Shown piece after piece: positions 47,919 to 57,366 of a stretch of DNA of 64,000 bases. A program made the translations under genes and the position numbers. The notes under the pieces were generated by a model, which did not search any database, was not told where the DNA came from, and was given only the letters and a program-made list of their open reading frames with translations. How positions within the stretch are numbered: position 1 is the stretch's first letter; every line of letters starts with the position of its first letter. This DNA comes from a virus: positions 14,199 to 78,198 of the IMG/VR virus record IMGVR_UViG_3300023083_000001, one strand, 5' to 3'.

Positions 47919-48225
47919 CACCACTGTAAAATCGGGTGACAAGGTCTTTGCACCCTCATGGCAGATTGTCATGGATGTAAAGGCCAAGATCATTACACCT
48001 GATGAGTACACCGTACACTACACCGCCATGATGCGGGAAAGCTACACCCACAATAAGGAACGCTGGTTAGAAGTGTGCAATATGAAACAGGTCGCCATTG
48101 CCTGCTATTGCGAGGAAGGACACTTCTGCCACCGACATGTATTAGCGTATATGTTTCAACGCGTTTGTCATCAACATGGAATTTCGTTTAAATTACGAGG
48201 CGAGTTATCTCGTCGTCAGGGGTGA
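47845..48225 (+). CDS. DUF488-like protein
   Basis: AIACYCEEGHFCHRHVLA matches the DUF488 C.C...CHR signature. Confidence 0.45.
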   Translation: MTMDLWTIQMAKWRIARDQEIPFLDTTVKSGDKVFAPSWQIVMDVKAKIITPDEYTVHYTAMMRESYTHNKERWLEVCNMKQVAIACYCEEGHFCHRHVLAYMFQRVCHQHGISFKLRGELSRRQG

Positions 48226-48228
48226 AGT

Positions 48229-48912
48229 ATGCAAGCTCTGAAACTCAAACCACGGCCAACTGTAAGTATTGCAGTGGATCCGAATCCTACAGCTAGCGAA
48301 GTTGCTTACACCAACGGTCACGTAGCGACCACGTTGTTGAAGATGAACAACGTGCAACTGGATGGTCATGCCATTCCAGAGAAAGACGGCGATGTATTCC
48401 GTCGCAGGGTCATTGCCAGTAAGATTGTCAAGAAACGTGCGCCGTCAGACGACTTGCCAGACCTCAGTGATCTGAGTGATACCAACTTACCTTGGGCTGG
48501 TCATCTCACGTTCGTCGGTGCTCATCGGCAATTCCGCAGCAAGTTCGTCTTGGCCGCGGTCTGCGACATCGTGCGGATGTACGATGGGTTTCTGTACCAC
48601 CTGAGTGTTGCAACGCCAGGACGGGATTACAAAGCCCACCCGTTCTGTTTGATCAACATCCCGCCAGTGGATATCCGCGAACAACACTGTCACGTTACCA
48701 TCGACCGCCATCTTGATTACGCTACTGTCGAGCGTCATTTCAGCAATGCTGAGGACGTTCCGCGGCAGTTGATCCTTGAACTGGTCCGGTTGGGCTATGT
48801 ACTTGAGGGTAACGTCTTCAGTCATCCGCAGTTCACAGGGATTGAAGGTCGTATCCGTTGCGACCTGTGGGGTAAGGTCATCACCAACCAACCGTTGCGA
48901 GAAGTGAAATGA
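48229..48912 (+). CDS. hypothetical protein, 227 aa
   Basis: ORF track. Confidence 0.5.
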   Translation: MQALKLKPRPTVSIAVDPNPTASEVAYTNGHVATTLLKMNNVQLDGHAIPEKDGDVFRRRVIASKIVKKRAPSDDLPDLSDLSDTNLPWAGHLTFVGAHRQFRSKFVLAAVCDIVRMYDGFLYHLSVATPGRDYKAHPFCLINIPPVDIREQHCHVTIDRHLDYATVERHFSNAEDVPRQLILELVRLGYVLEGNVFSHPQFTGIEGRIRCDLWGKVITNQPLREVK

Positions 48913-49427
48913 CCGCATTTCTGAAGCTGATCCCTGGTTGGATCTACGCCGTGATTGCGTTCCTGGTCCTGGCATTCGTGATTTACGAGGTCGTGGACAC
49001 GATCAGTGCTCAAGCCACCAGCATCGCCAAGTTGCAAGATGAGAAGGCTGACTTGGTTACCGATAACGCTTCTCTGACAAAGGAGATCGCTCGGATCAAT
49101 CAGGACATTGCTGACAAAGCCAAACTCAACGGTGAAGTCGCAACCAAGACGCAAGAGAACAACCAGACCTTTAACGAACTCGATCAGACATTACAGTCGG
49201 CCATCGAAGAACGTAAAGCGCTGGAAGCGGCTCTGGCGGCGCAGCAGGCGATTCAGTCACCTGCCGACAATCCTAACACGATTGACATCATACCGGTCTC
49301 AAACAAGCCCGTAGTCACTCAGGCGTTAATCAACGCCAAGGCTGCGAACAATGAAATGAACCTGGTGTGGAAAGCCTACTGCGTAGGGTCCACCGATGCC
49401 AAATGTGTGAAGGGGAAGACGCCATGA
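48909..49427 (+). CDS. i-spanin-like protein (N-terminal TM segment plus periplasmic coiled-coil)
   Basis: TM segment IYAVIAFLVLAFVIY followed by a heptad-rich alpha-helical region. Confidence 0.45.
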   Translation: MTAFLKLIPGWIYAVIAFLVLAFVIYEVVDTISAQATSIAKLQDEKADLVTDNASLTKEIARINQDIADKAKLNGEVATKTQENNQTFNELDQTLQSAIEERKALEAALAAQQAIQSPADNPNTIDIIPVSNKPVVTQALINAKAANNEMNLVWKAYCVGSTDAKCVKGKTP

Positions 49428-49747
49428 AGCATGTTCTGATATTGGCGATCTTGTTCATGATCGTTGGCTGTGCTGCGCAAACTGTGACGGTCACCGAGAC
49501 CACCACACACTACGCCGTCATGGAAGATAACTGGCTAGTGGATTGTCCGACGGTACCACCGCCTGACCAGCTGGTATATACAGCTGGTACGTTGCAACAA
49601 CGCATTGACATGTGGACGGCTACCTATCTGGAACAAGCCCGTATCCAGAGCGAGTGTCGTATCCGTAGTAAAGCTGCACGCGACTACAATAATCTCAAGC
49701 GTAACGAGACGACGGTCGTAACGTGTAGCGAAGGTCAGTGCAAATAA
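49426..49747 (+). CDS. o-spanin-like outer-membrane lipoprotein
   Basis: lipobox LFMIVGC after the signal peptide; ATGA overlap with the i-spanin candidate. Confidence 0.45.
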
Positions 49748-49749
49748 AT

Positions 49750-49785
49750 GCGGCCGTGGGTAAGACCACGGCTGTATGCCCCATT
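49750..49785 (+). terminator. hairpin terminator
   Basis: GCCGTGG-GTAAGAC-CACGGC followed by TGTATGCCCC. Confidence 0.55.
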
Positions 49786-49796
49786 CTTATTTAAAT

Positions 49797-49851
49797 TAGT
49801 TATGGTCATACATTGTAGATATGAACACAACTAATGACCGAGGAGGTCTGT
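49797..49851 (+). promoter_or_regulatory. regulatory cassette: promoter-like box GGTCATACATTGTAGAT plus SD-in-loop hairpin GACCGAGGAGGTC
   Basis: near-identical roughly 55-nt cassette at 58881..58938. Confidence 0.5.
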
Positions 49852-50121
49852 ATGAATGATGCACAGAAAGCCCAGATGATTTTGATGGGTCAGTACCACC
49901 AAGAACTCGTTAAACAACTAGCGGCTATCGAGGATCTACTGAGTAGTCCTCACGCCAGTTTGTTGAGTCCAGATGTAGTTGACATGGTGGTCGACGACGT
50001 GCTGCGTTACCAAGGGCGTATCGCCGACATGCGTAAGTACGTCACTGCCGTTGCCTACGGCACGGTCTTTGAAAGTATATTCCATGACCTGATTACATCC
50101 AGACTTGCCAAAAATGCTTAA
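49852..50121 (+). CDS. hypothetical small protein
   Basis: ATG 49852 four nt after the SD hairpin. Confidence 0.5.
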   Translation: MNDAQKAQMILMGQYHQELVKQLAAIEDLLSSPHASLLSPDVVDMVVDDVLRYQGRIADMRKYVTAVAYGTVFESIFHDLITSRLAKNA

Positions 50122-50139
50122 CCAGACCGAGGAGGTCAG

Positions 50140-50424
50140 ATGTACGATATGGGCATTACAGATTACGACAAGGACTTTGTTGGGCAATCTGTTGAATTAG
50201 CAAAGCAAGTCGAAGAACTGCGATTAGTTCGAGATGCGCTGAGCGTTACACGTAGTCAGTTGTCCATGAAGAAACTGGAGTTGAGCATGCGTCAGAGTGA
50301 TCTGCGCGACATCAACAAAGAGATCCTCAAGACCATGATCGCATGGCGCAGGACTGTGGATCAGCTTGACGAGTTGTTGGAACAGCAATTGGGTTACATC
50401 AACACTCGACGTTTTAACTACTGA
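50140..50424 (+). CDS. hypothetical small protein, 94 aa
   Basis: preceded by GACCGAGGAGGTC at 50126. Confidence 0.5.
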   Translation: MYDMGITDYDKDFVGQSVELAKQVEELRLVRDALSVTRSQLSMKKLELSMRQSDLRDINKEILKTMIAWRRTVDQLDELLEQQLGYINTRRFNY

Positions 50425-50576
50425 GTGAACAGGCTGAGAGGACTTCGGTTCTCTCAGTCGTTTATGCTGCTAGTGTCAATCGCAGTTAAAAAGATTACAA
50501 ACATACATTGTAAGCATGAGCCAGGCTGGTCAATACCCCAGTCTGTAAATTTCCTTATGTCCGTGGAGGACCTGTA

Positions 50577-50864
50577 ATGACCGCTTCTGTAATTCACCTG
50601 AAAGCTTTCAAGAACAACTTCGGCGCTCAACAATCGCCGTGTGCGTTCATCGATGTACTGATCACCATCTGCGATGAGCTGGACCGTGAATGTGATCAGC
50701 TGCTTAACCGTATCACGTACGAAGCTATTCGGGAAGACTACAATGATTCCCGTCGCAATGCCGCGGTAGAAGCTTACCAGGCCCGTCTGCAACAGCATGA
50801 TGATACATTCGAGTTTCTGCACAACTTGATGTCCATCGATCGACTGTCTCAGCTACAACTATAA
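50577..50864 (+). CDS. hypothetical small protein, 95 aa
   Basis: preceded by the GTCCGTGGAGGAC hairpin and an ACATACATTGTAAGC box. Confidence 0.5.
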   Translation: MTASVIHLKAFKNNFGAQQSPCAFIDVLITICDELDRECDQLLNRITYEAIREDYNDSRRNAAVEAYQARLQQHDDTFEFLHNLMSIDRLSQLQL

Positions 50865-50874
50865 GGAGCGGTAC

Positions 50875-51186
50875 ATGGTCCCAAAGTCGTGCTTAGATTT
50901 ACTGTGTAACCAGATCCAGGAATACAACGCCCTGGCGCTTGAGAAGATCAAGCGCCTGCATTATGCAGGATTCACAGACCTTGAGTTAGTCGAAGGTCTG
51001 ATGGGGTTCTACGACCTGGCTGCACCAAAGATGTATTCTACATTGAACCTGATGAGTGAGGCGCAGAAGATTCGGCATTTACATGTTGTACTTAATTCCG
51101 CTTATCTGCAAACATTCGTCTCAGTTGAAGACGTGGGTGAGGTTGTTCCATGGAGGGTCAAAGCTTATGTCGATAAACATCTCTAA
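50875..51186 (+). CDS. hypothetical protein, 103 aa
   Basis: ORF track. Confidence 0.5.
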   Translation: MVPKSCLDLLCNQIQEYNALALEKIKRLHYAGFTDLELVEGLMGFYDLAAPKMYSTLNLMSEAQKIRHLHVVLNSAYLQTFVSVEDVGEVVPWRVKAYVDKHL

Positions 51187-51189
51187 CAT

Positions 51190-51230
51190 GCAGCACCCTC
51201 AGGGGTGCTGTGTTCTCTTCTTTTTTTTGT
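51190..51230 (+). terminator. rho-independent terminator
   Basis: CAGCACCC-TCAG-GGGTGCTG followed by T8. Confidence 0.7.
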
Positions 51231-51281
51231 TTACGTATAGAGAATAAGGTATAGAGATTAATAGATGGCAGCGATTAGCAC

Positions 51282-51572
51282 ATGAAACGAATCCACTTAA
51301 AACCAGAATTCGCTACGAAGGGTTTCTATTACCTGGACCATCAGCCCACCGGCAAAGTTTACACCGGTGTATCTGACAACATGCAGCAAGAGATCCTGGA
51401 CATCCAGTACCAGTTACAACAAGGGACGTGTAAATGCAAACGTCTGGTCAGACTGCATATCGCAGAGTCCAGCTTTGTCGCTAAATGCTTTCCTGTTAAA
51501 GGTGTACGTGAAGCCAAGAAACTGGAAAAGGAATTCCGTCAGGACAAGCCTACGTTTCTCCTGATTAACTGA
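51282..51572 (+). CDS. hypothetical protein, 96 aa
   Basis: ORF track. Confidence 0.45.
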   Translation: MKRIHLKPEFATKGFYYLDHQPTGKVYTGVSDNMQQEILDIQYQLQQGTCKCKRLVRLHIAESSFVAKCFPVKGVREAKKLEKEFRQDKPTFLLIN

Positions 51573-51575
51573 AAC

Positions 51576-51628
51576 GACATACAGCCCCACCCTTGCGGGT
51601 GGGGCTGTATGCTCTTTCTTTTTTTTGT
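51576..51628 (+). terminator. extended-stem terminator at the convergence of plus and minus strand genes
   Basis: GACATACAGCCCCACCC-TTGC-GGGTGGGGCTGTATGC followed by T8. Confidence 0.7.
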
Positions 51629-51629
51629 A

Positions 51630-52865
51630 TCAGACCAAACTACCGCGAAGACCCAAGCAACGGTTGATCTCTACGAGAGCAGGTTTGATCAACCTGTCGG
51701 TAGGTGTGTGGATCGATCCACCCAAGAACCCCAACATGGCTTCTTCCACACGCATGACTGCATCAGCCTCACGATACGCGGTGAACTGCGGCTCAGCCCA
51801 GGTTTTGGGATCGCCCTGTTCATCGCTGACCTTTTGTCGTTTAGCAAGCTCGATCTCAAACTGACGTCTCACGCCGTCGATGATGGTTTTGAACTTCGAG
51901 AGTTTGTTTGCGTCGTAACCAAGTACCTCAATCAACTCTCGCCGAGCAGCCAGCAGTTTGTCAAGGGGAACTTGTTGCAGATTACGCACCTCGTAATCTT
52001 TAGGCTTACCGTTAATGATCTCAACCTTCGGTCCACCGGGGTAGAAAGCTGCGTACAGGTTAGTACCCGTACTGAACTTAATCTCCGCTGAGTAATTAGT
52101 CACCATGTTCTGAAGCTGGCTGTGTTTACCGGTGACTGATTGTCGGTCCAACGTCACGCACTTCTGACAAGCCTTTTCGATCTCGTCGATAAACTTCTTG
52201 GAGAAGTCAGCAACCTTCCCGGCGTTAGTGACCACCTCATCAAACGTGTGACCCAGGAAGCCGATACTCACACTGTGACCTTCAGCGTAACCCAACCGCA
52301 GACTGGTCGACGTCTGAGGACGTGGAGGCTTTGGCGCTGCTGCGGTAGTGGCCGGTTCTTTCTCAGCAAAGTGGCTGAAATCGTTTTTAGCTTCACGCGC
52401 TTGACTTTCAGCAGCTTCCTGTTGTTTCATCAAGACCGATACCGTCATGGTCTTTCTGGTGAACAGACTTTTGATCTTCTCGATCAGTGCAGCAATCAAC
52501 CGTTTGATCGTGTCGGCGATGTTACCGAGCAAACCACGTTTCTTCGCTTCAGCTTCGGCAGAATATTCCTCAGCAGAAACACTCTCCATGGAAGGCAATG
52601 CGATTGCTGCGTATTCTTCAACGCCGAAACATTCGAACGCCAGCCGGATTTTACCGTGGTAGCTTTCGACCGAGATCCCTTCTGGACTGATGTCCGTCAG
52701 AACGTTGCGCATACGCATGGCGATGTGCAGGTCGTTGAGATCTTTCTCGATGGACGATTCAAGACTCATCGTTTCGAGCAGATCGGATTCCAGGCTGATA
52801 CTTTCCAGTACGGGTAATGCCGATGGGGTGTTTCTCGCACTGAGTGATTTCAAGAGGCTAGACAT
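51630..52865 (-). CDS. hypothetical protein, 411 aa (paralog of 52885..54063)
   Basis: uninterrupted minus-strand ORF; shares Ala/Glu/Lys-rich central segments with the upstream gene. Confidence 0.55.
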   Translation of the reverse strand: MSSLLKSLSARNTPSALPVLESISLESDLLETMSLESSIEKDLNDLHIAMRMRNVLTDISPEGISVESYHGKIRLAFECFGVEEYAAIALPSMESVSAEEYSAEAEAKKRGLLGNIADTIKRLIAALIEKIKSLFTRKTMTVSVLMKQQEAAESQAREAKNDFSHFAEKEPATTAAAPKPPRPQTSTSLRLGYAEGHSVSIGFLGHTFDEVVTNAGKVADFSKKFIDEIEKACQKCVTLDRQSVTGKHSQLQNMVTNYSAEIKFSTGTNLYAAFYPGGPKVEIINGKPKDYEVRNLQQVPLDKLLAARRELIEVLGYDANKLSKFKTIIDGVRRQFEIELAKRQKVSDEQGDPKTWAEPQFTAYREADAVMRVEEAMLGFLGGSIHTPTDRLIKPALVEINRCLGLRGSLV

Positions 52866-52884
52866 GGACCGCGTTCCTTTCTAT

Positions 52885-54063
52885 TTACTGGACCGAGGTC
52901 TTCGCCATGTTAGCGAGTGCGCTCAGCTGATTGGACAACGTAACTACAGCCGTGTAGAGGTTGTTCTGGAAGCTTTGACCTTCTCGCGCTACGGCAAGCA
53001 GCTTGCCGAGGAACTTACGGTCCTTGGCGATCTCGGCAGGGTCAGCATCCACCTTAGCTTTGAGTTCCCGTTCAGCCTTCTCCAGCTTACCCAAAGCTTC
53101 CTGTCCATGTTGCGCCATCTTGAACAAGAATTCAGCGTCTTGCCTCACCAGGTCCAGCAGTGAGTTCAATTCATCCAGGACCACACCGCCTTCAACCACT
53201 GCCGCTGTGCCGATCGGTTTCATGTAGTCGTCGAAGATGCTGCGCCAGGCGACGGTGAAAGTTTCGACATCGGTCTCGCTCTCAGCACCTTCATTGATGG
53301 CTTTTTGTGCGAGGGCTCTGTAATCCAACCCTTGGATATCCACCAGGAACTTGCGGATCTTGTTGGTGTTCAGTTTACCCGAAGTCAACAAATGGGCTGG
53401 AGTAGTCGGACGTGGCTTGGCACCGTCCTTAACCGTGTCGCGTTCAATCACACCTTCTTTAGGAGGCGTCACTTTTTCAGGAGTAGTCGAGGCTGCTGGT
53501 TCGGCTGCTTTGGCAGGTGCAGCTTTAGGCTTAGCCGGTACAGCGGTGTAACCCAAGGCTTTGACTTCCTTGACGGTTTCTTTGGCAGCGTCTACTTTCT
53601 TCTTGATCGCTTCCGTCTTGACGCCGGCATTGTCTTTGCTGCGAGTCAGCCAGGCCTTGAGCTTGACGATCATTTCACGGATCCACTTGAGGACCGCAGC
53701 GACCACATCCTTAGCCTTCTGACCAAAGCTCTTCTTGTCAGCTTCAGCCGCTTCCAGAGAAACGGTGAACGCTGCCACTGGCGCTTTAACACCCGTGCTG
53801 CTCATCAGGACGCCAACAGCGAAATGGTAGTCAGCAACCGATTCGGTAGACAACTCCACATTGCTGTAACGTTCAGTGATCGCTTCGAATGAATCACAGA
53901 AAGCCAATGCGCGAGTTACTTCGCCAAAACGGGCTTCAGTCGCATATTGGAAATCTTCATCCGACATGACCAGCGCCGAAGTGTCAACCGAGTCACTGGT
54001 TTCAGGGAGTTGAACTTCACCGCTTTCAATAGCGAGATCCATCAGCAGGTTCTTCAGGTCCAT
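52885..54063 (-). CDS. hypothetical protein, 392 aa (paralog)
   Basis: paralogous to 51630..52865; Ala/Lys/Pro/Glu-rich linker. Confidence 0.55.
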   Translation of the reverse strand: MDLKNLLMDLAIESGEVQLPETSDSVDTSALVMSDEDFQYATEARFGEVTRALAFCDSFEAITERYSNVELSTESVADYHFAVGVLMSSTGVKAPVAAFTVSLEAAEADKKSFGQKAKDVVAAVLKWIREMIVKLKAWLTRSKDNAGVKTEAIKKKVDAAKETVKEVKALGYTAVPAKPKAAPAKAAEPAASTTPEKVTPPKEGVIERDTVKDGAKPRPTTPAHLLTSGKLNTNKIRKFLVDIQGLDYRALAQKAINEGAESETDVETFTVAWRSIFDDYMKPIGTAAVVEGGVVLDELNSLLDLVRQDAEFLFKMAQHGQEALGKLEKAERELKAKVDADPAEIAKDRKFLGKLLAVAREGQSFQNNLYTAVVTLSNQLSALANMAKTSVQ

Positions 54064-54120
54064 GGTGTTACCCTTAGGTTAAGTGTTGGTGAATGACATC
54101 CCTGTCTTACCATTTATGTT

Positions 54121-56994
54121 TCAATGATTACTTCTAGCTCGGGTGAGATTCTTGCGGATGTCTATCAGGTCATCTCTGAATTGACGGATGGCCGCTTGAT
54201 CATCTTTGAATGTTTCGCTGGCGAGATAGTCAGTACCGCAGACCGTGTCATAGATACGTTCGTTCTGGGTTGCAAAATACGTCTCGCGAGTTGTAGTCTT
54301 GTAAAGGTCGTTAAGTTGTTCGATCAACGGCTTCATCAACACTGGTTTATCTTCAGCCAACACACGCAAGCGTGTAGAATGACAACCCAAGCGGATCAGT
54401 TCTTTATCCAACGTGGATGACTCGGTAGAGACTTCATTACGGACAATCTTGATCGTAGTGTTACGCAAGATCTGGTGGATATCCACGTGCTCCACTTTGA
54501 CCAGGTTCTGATCGACATGACGTTGGGTCTTGTACTCACCGTTCATGTTGTTCTGCTTGTTCCAGTTCGGCATCCATCCATCATCGTTGTCCGCTTTGAT
54601 CGTGTAGATCCAAACGGTCAAGTCCAGGATGTCTTTCTTACTGAAGTCAGGATCAGAGATTTCGATGGTCAGGGTTTTACGCTTCTCATCGTAGCTGTAA
54701 CGATCCAGGAGGAATTTCTTCTCAATAGCTGAGGAAATGCCCAACATGATCGCTTCCGTCTTGTCATCAGCCGTATAGAGCCACGTGTTGTCTTCAGTCC
54801 CATCCCACTGGACCAACTCACCACTGCGCTCAAAGCCAGGCATCAGCTCGTTCTGTTTATAAGCAGAACCGTGGTAGAGGTAAGGCGGCAGTGCGTAGGT
54901 GGTGTTACCCTCCAGATCCTCCTTGATGGATTCCTGCTCGTACTGACCAATGAAGTCGCGGCGCACCAATCCGTTAGTTTCCAGACTGATCTCGTTCATG
55001 ACCAGATCGAGGATCTCGTTATCGCGACCGTGTGATTCCAGAGCCAGTGTGTCAGTGTCCACGTTGGTGATACCAAGGATACTGGCAACGCTTTCCTGAG
55101 ACCATTGCAAGATGTCGTTACTACGAGTGGAGATGTTAGGCTCATCACTGGTGTCGAGCAGCATGTCCCAGACAAACACTGGACCGTCTTGACCCAGACG
55201 CGCTGCCCGTGCAATTGTCTGCACACGGATCGCATCACGGAACGGTTGGTTGATCAGGATCATGTCACTGGCGGGTGTCAACGGTACCGCTGTCGACAGA
55301 GACTGGAAAGTCGCCGCTAACGGATTGACATCAGGATCAACGTAGAACGATTTAACGATACTGGACAAGTCCTTGTTCGTTGCGCCGTAAACGCGAGCGG
55401 TGTTGTAACCTTCCTTCTCGATGATGTCAGCGGTACGTTCCAACACCTCCACAAACGAGGTGAAGATCAGCATCTTCTTGCGAGCACCGTCGATGTACTT
55501 GACGAAGTCGATATGCTCAACCATCTCCAAGTGACACTTACTGCGCATGCCGCCAACAATGGTTCCGAGCGCCTCACCCATGATCTTGAGCTTGACGTAC
55601 TTGACCACCGACCTTGCGCCTTTGAAATCGTTCTTCAAAGGGTTGGTCAATGTTGGCAAGATGGTCTTCAGCTCGTACGTATTGCAGAGCTGCGCCTCAG
55701 CTTTCATAAGCTTTGGATCATACCCGGAAGATATAGTTCTAAAAGCAGATCGGTAATTACCGTAAGCACGACGATCAGCGTCAGTACGCAAAGTTCTTTC
55801 GAAGACACTGAGACCTTCCTGATATTTGTCATCGAAGTACTTCTTGTTCTTCGTGTAGTACAGCACGCGTTCAGCAATAAAGTCTCTCATTACTTCGCCA
55901 ATCGCCTGGAGCGTGTACTTCTTGGCGTTAGGCATTTGTACTTTGACAACTTCAGCGGTCACCACGGTGTCGACCACATCCTGTTTAGGCACGTGGAACT
56001 TCAAGTGCCCGATGCGGTGACGCAAAATGTCGTTAGCACGACGTGCATCTTTACCGTAGATCTTACGGAAGCGTTCTTCACACTCATCGTCAAAATCAGG
56101 GACGGCGCATTTAAGGAAAGGAACGCACTCGATCCCCAATGCCAGGATCGGTGTACCCGATGCCCAGAGGTTGTAGCCGATGTCCTTAATGCTGCACAGC
56201 TCGACAAACATCTGCGTACGGTCTGCCGCCAGACGGTTGAAGTTGTGAGACTCGTCCAACACGATAAACGTGTCTTTGTTCTTGAACTCACGAGGATTGG
56301 CTTTTACAAACGCCAGGATCTTCTCGAGAGATTCGTAGTGGCAGATGTAGTAATGATGGTTGGTCGTTGGAGCCGTCCCATCGGTACTCATCCAGTACGT
56401 TTTCTTTTGCAGCATGATGTTAGCGATTGTATCTTCCCAGACGCGTTCAATAGCGTTCTTAGGCGTAACGATAATCACATGCTTAGCGTGCAAGCACTCA
56501 CCGAGTACCAGGTCTGCCACGGTCTTACCAGAGCCTGCACCGGCATCCAGCATGTAGCCACGCAGGTTATACGCAGGCAGCATCTTACCGTAGAGTCGTA
56601 CGAACTCTTTCTGGAACGGCTTGAGGGGGAAGGGCACCAGTTTATCAACCACTGACAAATCGGTGATGGATTCCACATCGCGATCGATCTGACCCAACCA
56701 GGTCTTCGTCAGCAGTGCATCGATGATCTTAGCCAGTACACGTTTAGGTGTACGGGATTGACGATCCTTGTAGATCGTTTCGCAGATATAAAGGAAGTCC
56801 AAACCGAAGAAGTGTTTCATCTTCAGTTCACTGGCACGTACCGTGCTGAACATGTATTTGGAGATGGTGTTGTTACCCCAGATCCGATACATGTCTTTGA
56901 ACAACGCAAACGTACTGATCCCTTCCACCACAATGTGCTTGGGCGTGACTTCAACGTCCACGATTCCCAAACGATACTTTAGACCTGATAACAT
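54121..56994 (-). CDS. SNF2-family DNA-dependent ATPase/helicase, 957 aa
   Basis: motif I LDAGAGSGKT, motif II FIVLDESHN, motif III ASGTPIL, motif VI QTIARAARLGQ; about 250-aa N-terminal and 350-aa C-terminal extensions. Confidence 0.75.
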   Translation of the reverse strand: MLSGLKYRLGIVDVEVTPKHIVVEGISTFALFKDMYRIWGNNTISKYMFSTVRASELKMKHFFGLDFLYICETIYKDRQSRTPKRVLAKIIDALLTKTWLGQIDRDVESITDLSVVDKLVPFPLKPFQKEFVRLYGKMLPAYNLRGYMLDAGAGSGKTVADLVLGECLHAKHVIIVTPKNAIERVWEDTIANIMLQKKTYWMSTDGTAPTTNHHYYICHYESLEKILAFVKANPREFKNKDTFIVLDESHNFNRLAADRTQMFVELCSIKDIGYNLWASGTPILALGIECVPFLKCAVPDFDDECEERFRKIYGKDARRANDILRHRIGHLKFHVPKQDVVDTVVTAEVVKVQMPNAKKYTLQAIGEVMRDFIAERVLYYTKNKKYFDDKYQEGLSVFERTLRTDADRRAYGNYRSAFRTISSGYDPKLMKAEAQLCNTYELKTILPTLTNPLKNDFKGARSVVKYVKLKIMGEALGTIVGGMRSKCHLEMVEHIDFVKYIDGARKKMLIFTSFVEVLERTADIIEKEGYNTARVYGATNKDLSSIVKSFYVDPDVNPLAATFQSLSTAVPLTPASDMILINQPFRDAIRVQTIARAARLGQDGPVFVWDMLLDTSDEPNISTRSNDILQWSQESVASILGITNVDTDTLALESHGRDNEILDLVMNEISLETNGLVRRDFIGQYEQESIKEDLEGNTTYALPPYLYHGSAYKQNELMPGFERSGELVQWDGTEDNTWLYTADDKTEAIMLGISSAIEKKFLLDRYSYDEKRKTLTIEISDPDFSKKDILDLTVWIYTIKADNDDGWMPNWNKQNNMNGEYKTQRHVDQNLVKVEHVDIHQILRNTTIKIVRNEVSTESSTLDKELIRLGCHSTRLRVLAEDKPVLMKPLIEQLNDLYKTTTRETYFATQNERIYDTVCGTDYLASETFKDDQAAIRQFRDDLIDIRKNLTRARSNH

Positions 56995-57054
56995 ACACGG
57001 CTCCGTTACTGCACACTGCGGTGAAGGGATTTGATTAAATAGACATAAAATCTG

Positions 57055-57366
57055 TCACAGCCAATCTTCGGGGATATCGGGCAGATCTACAATCTGTCCT
57101 TTCAGGTCATGACTGCAATCATCCAGGAAGTTAATCTTGCCCGCTTGTACGAAGGCATGGCACACCCGACGTGGATTATTCCCCAGGACCACCAGGACGC
57201 TAGGAGACAGAGTGGGGGTGAGTACATCCCCATCCCACTGCCAAATAGCGCCGACGCTGTTGCGTTTGAGGATGGTCACTGGATGCAACATCATACAACC
57301 TGGACAAAAATATTCGAGGACGTTGTCATCGCAGAGGATCAGTTTAGGAGACAGGTACTTATCCAT
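57055..57366 (-). CDS. small Zn-binding-type protein (CPGC...CH...DCSH), paralog A
   Basis: tandem paralog of 57366..57701. Confidence 0.5.
   Translation of the reverse strand: MDKYLSPKLILCDDNVLEYFCPGCMMLHPVTILKRNSVGAIWQWDGDVLTPTLSPSVLVVLGNNPRRVCHAFVQAGKINFLDDCSHDLKGQIVDLPDIPEDWL

Noticed and set aside
51609-52817. plus-strand ORFs 51609..52091 and 52140..52817
   Set aside because: Antisense to the uninterrupted 411-aa minus-strand gene, which has a paralog next to it. The plus ORFs are fragmented.
55513-56655. 380-aa plus-strand ORF
   Set aside because: Antisense to the SNF2 helicase gene, which has unmistakable motifs.
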